From contig CM060733.1 of the NCBI GenBank assembly GCA_030704615.1, forward strand, positions 20,212,001-20,276,000: a stretch of 64,000 nt of DNA, written 5' to 3'. Shown one piece after another: positions 50,801-62,827 of this stretch; the stretch's first letter is position 1; each line of letters begins with the position of its first letter. Origin of the DNA: Takakia lepidozioides (Eukaryota; Plantae; Bryophyta). A program made the translations under genes and the position numbers. The notes below the pieces were generated by a model, which saw only the letters and a program-made list of their open reading frames with translations, was not told the origin of the DNA and ran no database searches.

Positions 50801-51008
50801 CAAGGACCTGCCACATGCGGCCTAAATCATAGGCTTTCCAAGCTTGGGACCCTTGTTGGCCTCCACACCAATTTTTCTGTCCTTAGATCTTTGCCGCGAC
50901 CCTTCACCTATAGCAATCCTGACAGTTCATTGGGAAGCAGCTGTGCCACTGCCTTCCAGTATGCCTTGTCTGTACTTTTGTGGAAGTTCTCTTGATTTGC
51001 TGGAAAAA
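50800..51008 (-). pseudogene. Clathrin light chain exon fragment
   Basis: After a cag acceptor: VFPANQENFHKSTDKAYWKAVAQLLPNEL...KGRGKD...NKGPKLGKP.DLGRMWQVL, matching the plant CLC pattern (ANQEKFH...YWKAIAELIP...GPKPGKPTDLxRMRQIL). Contains a stop and frameshifts. Confidence 0.8.
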
Positions 51009-52482
51009 CCTGCCCAATAGACAACATGGCCCTTATGTTCAGTGCATGTATGTGCATTGTACTTAGATATGTAAATCTCTACGTAAAATATAGACCCACA
51101 TATGTAATAGTTTGTACATGTGTGTCAATGAATTTGACCACATTCCTACACTCAACGATCTTGATCTTCCGTTGCAAACTTATTGAATGAATGCATGGGC
51201 ACTTCAAACCTTCAGATAACCTCCAATGCCAAGGCAGGGCAGAGGACACTCAAGCGCATATACAACTCACATGAGGCAGCTAAAAGGGATAAATGTTTCT
51301 CTCGATGTCCAGATTGCACGGTTCCCTTCTGCATCTGCATCTCATTATTCATGGATCATTATTGTATGGCAATATGACAAAATGATGAGTCGGACACCAG
51401 TGCAACCTGTCAAGTTATTTTACCACTGGTGTGAAGTTAGCTAGGAAATAGCTAGCTTTTATATATTGACATTTGGGATTGACCCAAGTGTCAATCCAGG
51501 GGCCAATACATGTTTGGGGCACCTGGCGTTGTTATCTTCACGGCAGATCGCGGTGGGCTCATCTTTCTCGAGTTGAGCCTCACCGTGTCTAGCTATGGCG
51601 CCGTAGTGTGGATTCCCCATGGCGTGGGATGCACTTGGCTGGACTTAATATATGAGTGATGTTTTCATGTGCAAGTGTGTGAGTTTGAGAGAGCTTGAAT
51701 GCTTGTATCATTCGTTTCATTATCACTTGAGAAAGATCAGCTCGAGTCTGTGAGTGCCAGGTTCGAGTTAGTTGTAGCACTTGTGTTTTCAGATCATGAG
51801 AAGCGGTTCAGCCTAGAGTGTATGGAGCCGTGCATAAGCCTATCCAAAGCGGATAGAGTGCAAAGGCGAACAGGTTGCAGGTTTGCCATGGATAGAGAGG
51901 CGGGTAGCCTATGTTGAAGAGCGGCGTTGCATAGCTCAACGCTATGGCAACCAAGTTTGGGCTTCTAGTGTGAAGCGAAGGAAATGCTGGCCACGAGTGG
52001 GCGAACTGGTGGTCGTCTTCTTCAGCTGCAGGCCGAGTTAAGGAGCTGCTGAAATGTGGGCAGCGCATGGGAAGTTAGCATGTTGCAGGTTGGAGATGAT
52101 ATGATCGGCTCCAGGTATCTGCCCGAAACGAGTTGTTGCGGGTAGATGAGGAGCAGCCAAATGGCGGAGCTGCGAGGGGATGCATCGCAGCCTTGTGGGA
52201 GCTGCAGCTCCAAGCTCATGAAGAGGTATGAGTGAAGAGATGGGGCTGGTCCCTCTTGTATGCAAATCAGTGCACTTGTGAAGTATTGCTTGAGTTGGAA
52301 GTTTCAATCTGAAACTCTAGCACGGCGAGGGCTCTTGGAGTGACAAGAGCAGGGCTGGAAGGGCAGTAGTGAGGCGTCCTAGAGCCAGGGAATGTGCTGT
52401 CGTGCACCTAAGCATCGTGCCACAACATACATCGCTGTCCACCCACAATCTAAGCACACAATCCTAGAAAGCTATACCACAA

Positions 52483-52989
52483 TGATAAGAGATGAGAAAT
52501 GAGAGAAGTAGAAGACAATGAAAGCTCTCAAAGCATGAAGCAATCAATGAAGAACACAAGCCTAGTCCTCCAATGAAATCCACTCTATCACATAAACTAA
52601 GTCAAGCCAAGGGCACCTTTGCTAAAGGAATCCACCCTACAAAGCCCTCAACACACTCCCTCTCAATACCTAGAGCTATGGAGGTGAGAGAGCTCATGGA
52701 GGCTCAACTACAAGAAGATGAGCCTCCTCAACACTCACAAGGGGAAAACCTATCTCCATGTCTCAAGTGAGGCTCGACACCTCACTTGCATGTGAGACCA
52801 AATGAAGTCCCACAACACACAAATATAAATATAAATATCTAAAATGTCCTAGTTAACTAGAAGTAGGTAATTCTAGATAAACATGAATAAAACCATGACA
52901 GGGGCGTCGTGCACCTAAGCATCGTGCCACAACATACATCGTTTGTCCACCACACAATCTAAGACACAATCCTAGAAAGCTATACCACA
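52483..52989 (-). repeat. Complete 3' LTR (A + CCCC + B) of the MTase-Gypsy element
   Basis: On the - strand it starts TGTGG right after the PPT AGGGGGCGA(T) and ends TTATCA. Its B part matches 62828-63248. Confidence 0.85.
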
Positions 52990-53242
52990 ATCGCCCCCTA
53001 GCTGGTGGTTAGGTCCCTCTAACTCCAGATAGCTACAGATGTAATAGCCACAGCGTACTAAGTCCTCTATCACTGTCCCTATTGTACTCAAACTCTATAG
53101 ACCAAGAGGCCGGGTACAAGAGCAAACCCCATCGTTAGTTGCCGTCTTGCAATCTGTGAACTTGAGTCAGGGATCGTGTGTGGTCTCCTAGTAGCTTGGC
53201 CTTGCATTTCTTGTTAGCCTTCCATGGTTGTATCCACTCCCA

Positions 53243-53390
53243 CTATCCAATGCAATGCGGACATAACGATCCCCATCAGGAACCATCTCAAGAGGTGGAG
53301 TCAAGCATCCATATGCCAACCTCTAGAGCATTGATCACACACCAGCATGGTGGCTGCCCCTCTAACAGACCCACACAACATGCACCTCAA
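53243..53390 (-). pseudogene. PHD finger (C4HC3) at the integrase C-terminus
   Basis: LRCMLCGSVRGAATMLVCDQCSRGWHM-(fs)-CLTPPLEMVPDGD-(fs)-LCPHCIG*. Confidence 0.9.
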
Positions 53391-56300
53391 ACTTGCAGGC
53401 ACCACTGCCAGGTTTGGGTCACCCCTTCCATCAACATTGGAAGGTGACATGGCGCGCAATTACGCACATGGTCCTTCCAAATCATGCCATCCCGACCCTC
53501 CAAGATCAGGACTCCTGAGGGCAACACCTCTCGAACCCTCAAAATAGTACGTCCTGCAATCACATCCAAGGTCGTAGGAGCAGTCTGCTGCAGATAAACA
53601 CAGTCACTAGAGGGTTGAATCTCCGAACCCCAGGACGATAGCCCCCACCACGTATGGTAGCATACCTCAACGTATCACGATGTTGTGCAATGCAAGGTTC
53701 TCGAAAGCCATGGGCAAGACTTTCCTGAACAACTATAAACGCTGCTCATATGCACGTGCCCACACGTCCGGATCGTCAAGGTTAAGAACTGTAGCAGCTA
53801 GCTCTCACAAATGGATGTAGGCAAATCCGGCTCTCGGCCAAAGAGAAGAAAGTATGGTGAGAAGGAGGCAGTGATGCTTGCTTGCTTGAACCTGTAGCCC
53901 ATGGCTAACCAGGGTAACTGAAGGTCGCAATATCCTAGGTGTCCCTTCTGCAAGCCATACTTGCGCAAACCCCTCTTTACTGTCTGAACAACTCTCTTGC
54001 CAAGCCATCGGCCTCAGGATGATCCCGAGAAGTGGTGCGGTGGTCTATCAAGGCCTTGTCACACAAATCCTTGAAACTCCCCCAAGAACTCTCTCCTTGT
54101 GTCCGTGAGTACTCAGCTGGAGCACCGAATCGGCTAAGCACACAATCAAAGAATGCACGCAGCTCCCTCACTAGCCTTATCAGGCAATGGAACCAATTCA
54201 ATCCATTGGAGAAGTGCTCCACCATCACCAACACGCGTACTTGTTGTGGCGCATGGTCAGTGGCAACGGCCCTACGAAGTCAAGACCCACCTGTAGCCCA
54301 ATCCCCATGATCGGAAGAGGGGTGCAATTGTGGAGAGTAGGGCGTTTGAATGAAGCACGCACCGTGTCACCACCATGCACACTAGCTACAAATTGTTGCA
54401 CTTTGTGTGCATACCACGCCACCAATACTGCCCCTGCAGAGGAACTGTGAGTGCGTCACACCCCAAAAGGCCCAACTCCTCATGGGCATGCGGACTAACC
54501 GTGCCCGCTGTGTTGGGGGAGGCACAATCCTCACTCGACCATCCTCCACACTCGGAGCAGGTGTGTCCCCTCCCACTTGAACCTCTTGGCTCGTTGTAGG
54601 ATCCGATCCCTCTCCTTGGCAGTCATAGTGGCTTGCAGTGTCTCCAGTGCGGAGGTAGTCCAACACAACTGAATCCTCATGTATATCTTTGGCGCCACCT
54701 TGCTCATGCTGGCCTCAGGGTCCTCAGACACTTGATCTACAGTCATCCAGTTGTTGCAGGTCAACTTCGGCCTTCCGCCTGCCAAGTTGATAACAAAAAT
54801 GCATATGCATGCCATCCGTGCACCATCTCCTCGTCCGTCTCACCATGCACCGAGCTCCAGTGTCATCCTGCTGGCTCGTGCATGGATCACTAGGATAGCA
54901 CATGTGGCATTGGTTTCCCTTTTCTGAACTCGCAAAAGGTTCCGTTACCCTGGTACTGAATGGCGACTCAACCCATCTGCATTGCGAAACCCGGTCGAAT
55001 GCACCACCTGAAAGTCCTACTCTTGAAGGATGAGTGCCCACCGTTGCAAGCTTCCCCGTAAGCTTGTATAACTCCATCAACCACTTGAGTGGTTGGTGAT
55101 CCGTGACAAGGGTGAAGAGATTGCCGTATATAGATAGCACCGAAGAGTGCCACGGCCCCCACTGCAGCTAAGCATTCTCCCTCATATGAGCTATAACTTA
55201 GACTCTTGCAACGTGTTCGAGGGGCTAGCATAAGCCACTATGAACTCTCTTCCCTCATCATCCACCTGTGTGAGCACCGCTCCAAGCCCCAGCATGCTCC
55301 AATCTGTATGCAGCTGAAAAGGACGCCTCCTGATAGGTCGTCTCAAGATGGGCGCCGAGGTCAACCTACCTACTGAGCTCTTGAAAAGCTTGTTCTTGCC
55401 TCATCTTCCCACTGCCACTCCTGGTCCACCTTGGTCAGCTGGTTTAGAGCCTTTGCAATGGGCACTAAATCCCTTAACAAACCGTCTTAATAGTTTGCTA
55501 ACCCCATGAAAGCTTCAAATTGGCTCCACATCCGTGGGGCGTGGAAACTGTGCAATGGACTCTACCTTAGTCTACTGTACCCCCAAATCTCCAGGATAGA
55601 TCATGTGACCCAGATACTCAATCTGGTTGTGGAAAAACTTGGCACTTTCCCGGATGTAACTTCAATTCCGTGCGCCCTCAAGCGCTCAAATACCCCTGAA
55701 GGTGTCTCTCATGCTCTTCCACCGTTAGCACTAAAGATGATGATGTCATCTATGTAGCACGAGCAAACTCCACCCCTGCTAGAATCCTATCCATGACTCT
55801 CTGAAACTCTGCCGGAGCGTTCTTAAGCCAGAATGGTAAGAACCGCCACTGGTATAGGCAATCCTCCCGGCTCATTGATCCCCCAGAATGCCGTCTTTTG
55901 CTTATCCGCCTCCTTGATCGGCAACTGGTGATATCCGGATCATAATTCCATGTGCTAAAGACCTTGGCATGCCCAATGGCTCAAAGATCTCCTCTGGTAT
56001 TGGCATGGCATTACCTATCGGACTTGGTCTGACGATTTACAGGCCGGGTCATCACCGCACATACGTTTCCGTCCAATTGCCAAAGACATCCTCCTTGGCT
56101 AGCATCATTGTGGCTGAAGCATACTCTCCCCCAGATAGCTCCACCAACTAGCCTCCCAAGGTCCTGAGTTCTCATCTGAATCAAGGACCTCTCCATGTCA
56201 CTATATCTATAGGGTCTCCGAAAAGTTGGCATGTCAGAGTAGCCAATTCAATACGAAAATCGCTTGACCCTTCAGTGCTCTAAGTCCTTCAAACGGAAGG

Positions 56301-56739
56301 CAAAGGAGTTCCTGTAAGCCCTCAAGAACCGCCCGCGTATACGCCGTCTCTCTCCTCGGTGATATAGGTCCAACTCAGGTCCCACTGTCCTCCGTGACTG
56401 CAACCTTGAGTCTAGCAGGCTTAGAGGTAGAAGACGCGTCTGTGGTTGCTATGCTGCAACTCTTGAGCAGTGAACACGCCTCCTCTGTCAGTGACAATGT
56501 TCATCTACCCCATCATCCCATCTTTGAGGACCTCTAATCGAGAAAAAATCCCCAACTGATCCTCAACGCCGCTTGGCTTGCAACTCATTCTGAAACTCGA
56601 GCACCCTGCCCCACTGTGTGCCATGGATGCGGCTGCACTCGGGTCCTCACCTGCTCGCCCCCACTCGCTGCCTGTACGTCTCGGTAGGCAGGGAGACATG
56701 AAGGGAAGTGTACTCCGTACTCTGCGCTGTCAGCCATAG

Positions 56740-57690
56740 CCAAAATGATAATCCAGGTCAAGCAATTGAGATCTATTGCTTGCCCCAACACTTGACGACG
56801 TGATGCCTCAGAAAGAGATGGGCACCGCCGTGGTACCTGTGGTAAAACTCATCCGCCCGTCGCGCTCGTCAGCATTGGGCTCCACTAATTGTTGCAAATG
56901 GCTATCCCACAAGAGGCAGGTCCACCATCCCGAAAAACATGGGATCCTGGGAAGCTGAGCAGTGTAGGTGAATGTGTCGTGGTTGACCCACCTTGTTGAC
57001 CCACGGCCAAGACGAACGTCTCATCGTGTCTCACACGTTGAGACTGCCTCCCGTGTCCAAAATGCTATCCACTGTGAGGTGTGCCGGCCGCTGCACCACA
57101 TCAATGCACGCTTGAGTAGTGCGGGTGTGCATCAAGTTAGTCCACCAAGCGGTGGACGATGAGCCATGACCCATGAGCAGTGCATCCAGCAACCACTGAT
57201 GACCCAAGCCACGACCGGACTTGATGCACACTGGCCATCACCTGGTGCACGAGAATCACCCATCAGTGGCACATTCTCCAAGATGTATGCTGGAGATACA
57301 GTTTGATGAAGCTGCAAGTGACGCAAAATACCGCCCACCTCTCCCAAAACAGACCCGTCCTTGAGTCTCGCATCCATTGCCATGCCCGGCTGATGAATGC
57401 CTTGGTAGGGCCAACCTGCCACCAAGATCAATGGAGCCAACCCGCTCAAATCCTGCGCCCCCAGCAACGAAATGTCTGTTGGCCAAGGTTGTTGGTATCC
57501 ACGAAGTGCAGACACTGGCAACAAATCAGGGGTACTGCTGTAACAACTGAGCAACATGGCGCAGTGAGATGCGTCGTGCAGTCTCATCCTTCTCATATAC
57601 AGGTAACGTCAAAACTCGTACACCTGCCTGCAGTACTGCAGCCAATCCAGTGCTGATCCGCCAAACAAGTACAGAAGAAAGATAGGCCTT
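56740..57690 (-). pseudogene. Dnmt3-like DNA (cytosine-5) methyltransferase domain within pol
   Basis: Motifs in canonical order across frameshifts: I LFG(G)ISTG, II YEKD, III DI, IV IDL.AGWPYQG, VI AYILENVP, VIII LDA....AHRP..WWTNL, IX EPNADER...M.F.TGTT, X RRQVLGQAIDLNCL. Confidence 0.88.
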
Positions 57691-60600
57691 CATCCGGGCA
57701 CTGCACACAAGAGGTTGTGGTGCCAATGGCGACAACTGAGGTGGTTCCTGGTGCAATTAACGCACTTCCTCTTCTCCTGACAGTACGAAGGCTCTACCCA
57801 GGCTTGTTGTACCCATCCATCAGCAGCTGTGCTGTGCCCATAGTGGGTGTGAGCAACCATGGCAGGCAACTCCGCCGTACATGCATTGTCATCCCTGTTT
57901 ATGCTGGAGGTGACACACCTCTGCATGGGCATTGCCTTCAGCAACTCTCCAGGCAGCTAAAGGCGGCTGTGTTGGCAGCTTGCCCCGCTGGGCAACCGCA
58001 ATACCCCCAATGAATGTCACAGGGAGCTGTGCACGACGACCATCCCCTGACTGCCATCCAGGCCTGTAGGATGCTGACTCCTCCCAAAAGTCCAGGGTGA
58101 AGCCCATGGGATATAACACTGCCCCACCAACAAGGACATCGTAAGAGACCGCGTCTGTCACAATGGCCTTGGCGCATCACTGAGCCATCTACAGGATGAT
58201 TGGTTGGCCAACTCACGCCGTGTCATGCCCCGAGCCTACTCTGATCCTCCCAGAGATGTCTGTATCTGGAAAGGACAAGGCTCCATATCCGCCTCCATGA
58301 GGCCCAAACCTGTTAATAGCAGCTCTGCCCAACATCAGTGGCTGAGCTCCTGAGTCCAACAAGACCCGCAGTGGCCGGTACTTTGCCTGCCGGTCCACTC
58401 AAAGTGAAAATGCCTCCCTGGTTGTCTAACAAGACAACTCCAGGTGTCACCATGCCGCGCTCAAAGGCTGGCCTAGCTGGCAGCTCCGTCAAACTGGCAG
58501 CTACAGCTTGCCATGGCGCAGCCGTGGCAGTCTTGACCCTCAAATCTGAGGATCCCTCTGCCACTACACCTTCCAGTAACTCCGCAGAAGATAAGTGACC
58601 TCCCACTCTCGCAGAGTGTGTTGCTGCTAGTTGAACACTGCAACTGGTCTTACCCCGGCGTCGCAATCATGGTTGCCGAGAACAGTGGGGCTTGACACAC
58701 AGAGGTGGCTGCCCCCAATAACACAACGGTGCACTAGCCTTGGTAGCAGGTGTCAGTGTGCTGCACGTGTAGCTCTCCCCAATGGCATAGTAACCTCCGC
58801 CTCGGTAACAGTCAGGGCGAGAACTAGGTGCCATGGATGGCGTCGACACTGTCTCCGCCAATGTGAATGACTGAGGAAGCCTCGCCTGACGGCTTGCCTC
58901 CCCACGCTGTGGATCAATTCCACCTCTGCAACCTCGTGGCTCAGGAACTCGTGCTACTCCTCGAGTCACGGCTGCAGCAGACTCCACCTGCACTAGTGGT
59001 AGTGCTACCCGCACATGAATCCCATGCCTCCCATATCTCCTTCCTTAGGAGCAGGAGGTGGACCATCCCCTGGGAGCCGTACCACCTGAGCTGTAGCCAT
59101 GGCAGCGGACCTCTGCTCTAGGTGCTGATGAAGCCGGTTGGCCATGTCTTGGTCAACACCCTGACCTCCGCGTCTTGGCCATGTTGAGCTTGCCCTTGGC
59201 TGCATCTCGTGCCCGACCACCATCGTCCTCTCTTGGCTGGTCCCCTCGCCCCGGCCACATTGTTCCCTTGGAATGGCCTGGGCGCAACTCAGGGTGCAAG
59301 TCATAACACTGGGCATCTCCATGCCCATTGCCACAATGCCCCACACTGCAACTGTGCAGGCTGTGCTTGTGCCGGCCTTCTGCCACTCTCTGGGCAATCT
59401 CTCTTGACATGGGGTCCTCCACATGTCCAATATATCACCCCTGGTTGCTATTGGCCTGCAAAAGATGCCACGGGCCTCTGCACCTGAGGTCCCCTGTAAG
59501 CTCCATGGAACTTGGGTTGGGCAACCTTGCCCCCTGACCACGCTGTTGGGCAGTCCCTTGTACCTGTGGCTGCAGCTGCACCTCATGCAGGCATGTCCTT
59601 GCCAAATCCAATGGTAACAACTCGCTCCTCCACCATGTTGAGCTCAATCCGCTCAGCCAGCAGAAACACATCCGCTAATGTGGGTTGGGCGCTTGTAACA
59701 GGGTTGCATCCCGCACCCTTCTCTTGAGCTCCTTGTCCAAAATTCCATACCAGAACTGGACTGCCTGAGCTTCAGTAACCCTTGGGTCACACTTATCAAG
59801 CGCCTCATACGAGTGTAGGCCTCTCGCAAGCTCTCACTGGATTTGCGCTGGAAGTCTTGCGAACTTCGCAGCTTCTCTGTCCGTACACCTTGGTAGTTCC
59901 TCCGCAACTCCTGGAAGAACTCCACCACCGGGTGGAATCTAGGCACATGTGTTGTAATTGTGGCAGGAGGAGAAGTAGCACCTTTTGAACTGGTACCACT
60001 TGCAGAAGTGCCGACACTACTTGTTCCACTACTAGTGCTTGTAGTTGGAGATGTTTGTGTAGCTGCTGGTGTCACTGCTGCCCTTGTGCCTCTAGTGATT
60101 GAGACATAGTTAGGTGACCAATACTCTCGCCACTCCTCAATCTCCACCGCATGTCCCCGCCTAAATTCATGGTAATCATCCATGGACGGCCCCTCAAGGT
60201 GCTGGAATAACCCATTCCACGCCATAAACGGCATAAATAGTTGTGGATTGCGCATTTGCTGCAAATCACACCAACTGTCAAATTCTTGTATAAAGTCATC
60301 AAGCTCGATGGTGCCCACAGCTCCAGAGTACCTACGTGGCCCCTTGGTAGCTCCATACATCTCCTCCATCGTGTCCCACAACAATGGCACGGAAATGACT
60401 TGCACCCTCGGCGAGAATCCTCCTGACTCCGAGCTTCCTCAGAAGACACTGAAGGTGAAAGTGGCCTAAACCGCACACCTTGTCTTGTGTACCCACTAGT
60501 ATCGCTGGTGCTTCTACCGGCACTCCCCTCAGCAGCTGGTGGCACCTCCGTGATGAAAACTCACAACCCAACTGGTTGTCAACCTGTCTCTAATCCCCAC

Positions 60601-61204
60601 TTTCTACAAGGTAACCGGATAAGAACCTGTTGCGGCTACTGGTTCAAGCAGGAATATTAGGTTTCTAACGTAGACCTGTACCTGCACCTGCATCCACTGC
60701 AAGCACTCCTATGGTCTGCTGGTCATCAACCCAGCCTCACCATAGAAGAAACACTGGTGGTCTTGCTGGTCATCACTCCAGCCTCACCACCGACAACATA
60801 CTCTAGGATTGGCCGGTGATCAAATCCGGACCAACCTCCTATGAAAACAAGCGCCCACACAAAGCTAACATGGTGCACAGTCAAGCATGCAGTGTGGAGG
60901 GGATCCAAACACAAGAAAATCAAGACAACAACTCCCCCACACCAAAAACACTCCACAGTGTCGCTCCTGCAAGGACACCCCAGCCCAAACCCGGACTGAC
61001 TCTTGCCTCCACCTACGGAAAGGTTTTGGCCTACAGAGAGGGTGAAAGACTATGGAGAAGAGAAACTAAAGCAATTCCTAACCCAGAATGCTCTTATCCC
61101 ACCACTCTCCCTCCTGTCTCTATCCACTCGCTTGTATGGCCGTGGCAAGTATCCTTCAATATCCCTCAATCAATCCTTCAAGAGCTCTTCAACATTGTCC
61201 ACCA

Positions 61205-61330
61205 AAGCTCCTCGAAGGGTCCTCCAAGGACCCCAAAGATCTCCAAACACTCCTCCAAGGACCCCAAAGATCCTCCAAATACTCCTCCAAGGGCCCTCAA
61301 ATATCTTCCAAACAATCCTCCAAAGGCCCT
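61205..61330. repeat. Degenerate ~33-bp tandem repeat in the element leader
   Basis: ctcctccaaggaccccaaagatc(c)tccaaa repeated ~4 times. Confidence 0.85.
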
Positions 61331-61357
61331 TAAATTTCACTAAGTCCTTTCACTGTT

Positions 61358-61562
61358 GATACCTTAACAGAGGTATAGTCTGAGGTTGCTAGGGTCCCTT
61401 ATGTTGATGATACCTTTACAGAGGTATAGTCTGAAAATAAGGGTTCTGTTTGGTATACTAACAGAGGTATAGTCTGAGCTGATTAGGGTCCACATATGGT
61501 GATACCTCAACAGAGGTATAGTCAAAGGGACAAGCTCATGTTTGGTATACTAACAGAGGTAA
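61358..61562. repeat. Five short repeats (three forming clear hairpins) separated by 18-25 nt linkers in the element leader
   Basis: GATACCTnAACAGAGGTATAGTC core (stem ATACCT/AGGTAT). Confidence 0.9.
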
Positions 61563-62815
61563 TGCAAGTCCTTGACTTCTATGCTTCTACTCAAGCAAAA
61601 ATATGGTCTCTAGGTGGTCATAAGAGGCATCTTCTTGCTCTTTTCCACCCCAATGTGCAACCAAGAGTGGTCCAACTCAACTTGCAAGTCATTGTCCACC
61701 AAATCAATCCCCCTTCTAGTCCTTGGGATTTGATTGCAAACTATCATATCTCCATTGCCGAGCAATCATGCATTTGTCTCCTCATCACTTGACAATTGCT
61801 CCAAATCAACACAAATTATCTCAATGTGTAGGAGCAATGCTTGTCACTTACAATAATGCTCCCAAGCAATCCGCCTTGGATCCCACTCTCACGCCATATG
61901 CCTCATTTGGGGTCTTGCACCAATCCATCATCCATGTGCTCCCCGTGGTCATGTTTCATGACCTCTTGGCCTATGTGTTGCTCTCCTTCATCATAACATG
62001 AATCAACACCTCTCCACTTCACACACAAATGGATCTCAAAGGCCTTCACCTCTTGCTAGTTCAAGAGCTCCCCTTCTCAAACTTGAACTTACAAACTCAA
62101 GCGAGCATGCTCCACACATGCACCACTTGCTTGGTCAACTATCCACCACAAAGCTCGCACTACCAAGAGCATGAATAGCCAAGTATTGCCTCCCCCTCTT
62201 GTCACATTACATAGTTAGGGTGAAGCTTTGCATACATTGAATGATGATTTCCCTTCAAAGATTTCCCACCACATGTTCTCCAAGCCCTTCCAATGGCACC
62301 CTAAGCTTGGCTCCACACCACCATGATTGGAAGATTTCTTCACATGCTCCCTTTCAAAACCTCTTGAGCTTCTTAGTGCTCTCCAAGTGCTTGCCCTTGT
62401 TGTCTTCAAGCCCAAGCATATATAGCTCATTGGCTTTTCTTCCACAACATCCACACTTTGAACTTGCTTAACCCTAGCTTGATAGTGAAATGAGCACTAA
62501 CAAGCCTTTAGTCACTCTCCACAAGCCATGGCGCACACCATCGACTCCATAATGCATACAAAGGATTCTCAAACCCTAGAATCTATGCTTCCACACACAC
62601 AAGACTTCCTCCTTACAATCCTTGCAAAATCTTGTGACTCAAGAGCTTTCTTCTCAAGCTCTCCAACTCCTTGGTGCATGCAATACTCGAGCACCTTTCC
62701 TTGCAACCCCTTGCAAGCCTTGTGATACAAGAGCTAAAATTCTCCTAGCTCTCAACCTCTTTAAAATACAAGTGCAAAACTAATCCTTACACTCCGCACT
62801 CACAAGCATAAGGTG

Positions 62816-62827
62816 ATCTTCTTGTAG
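62816..62827 (-). promoter_or_regulatory. Self-priming primer-binding site
   Basis: CTACAAGAAGAT directly follows the 5' LTR end on the - strand and is 12/12 complementary to ATCTTCTTGTAG inside the LTR (63067-63056). There is no TGG tRNA-type PBS. Confidence 0.75.

Noticed and set aside
61358-61562. CRISPR-like array (palindromic repeats with spacers)
   Set aside because: The linkers fall into two related types, so this is a higher-order tandem repeat. It lies inside a eukaryotic LTR element and no cas genes are present.
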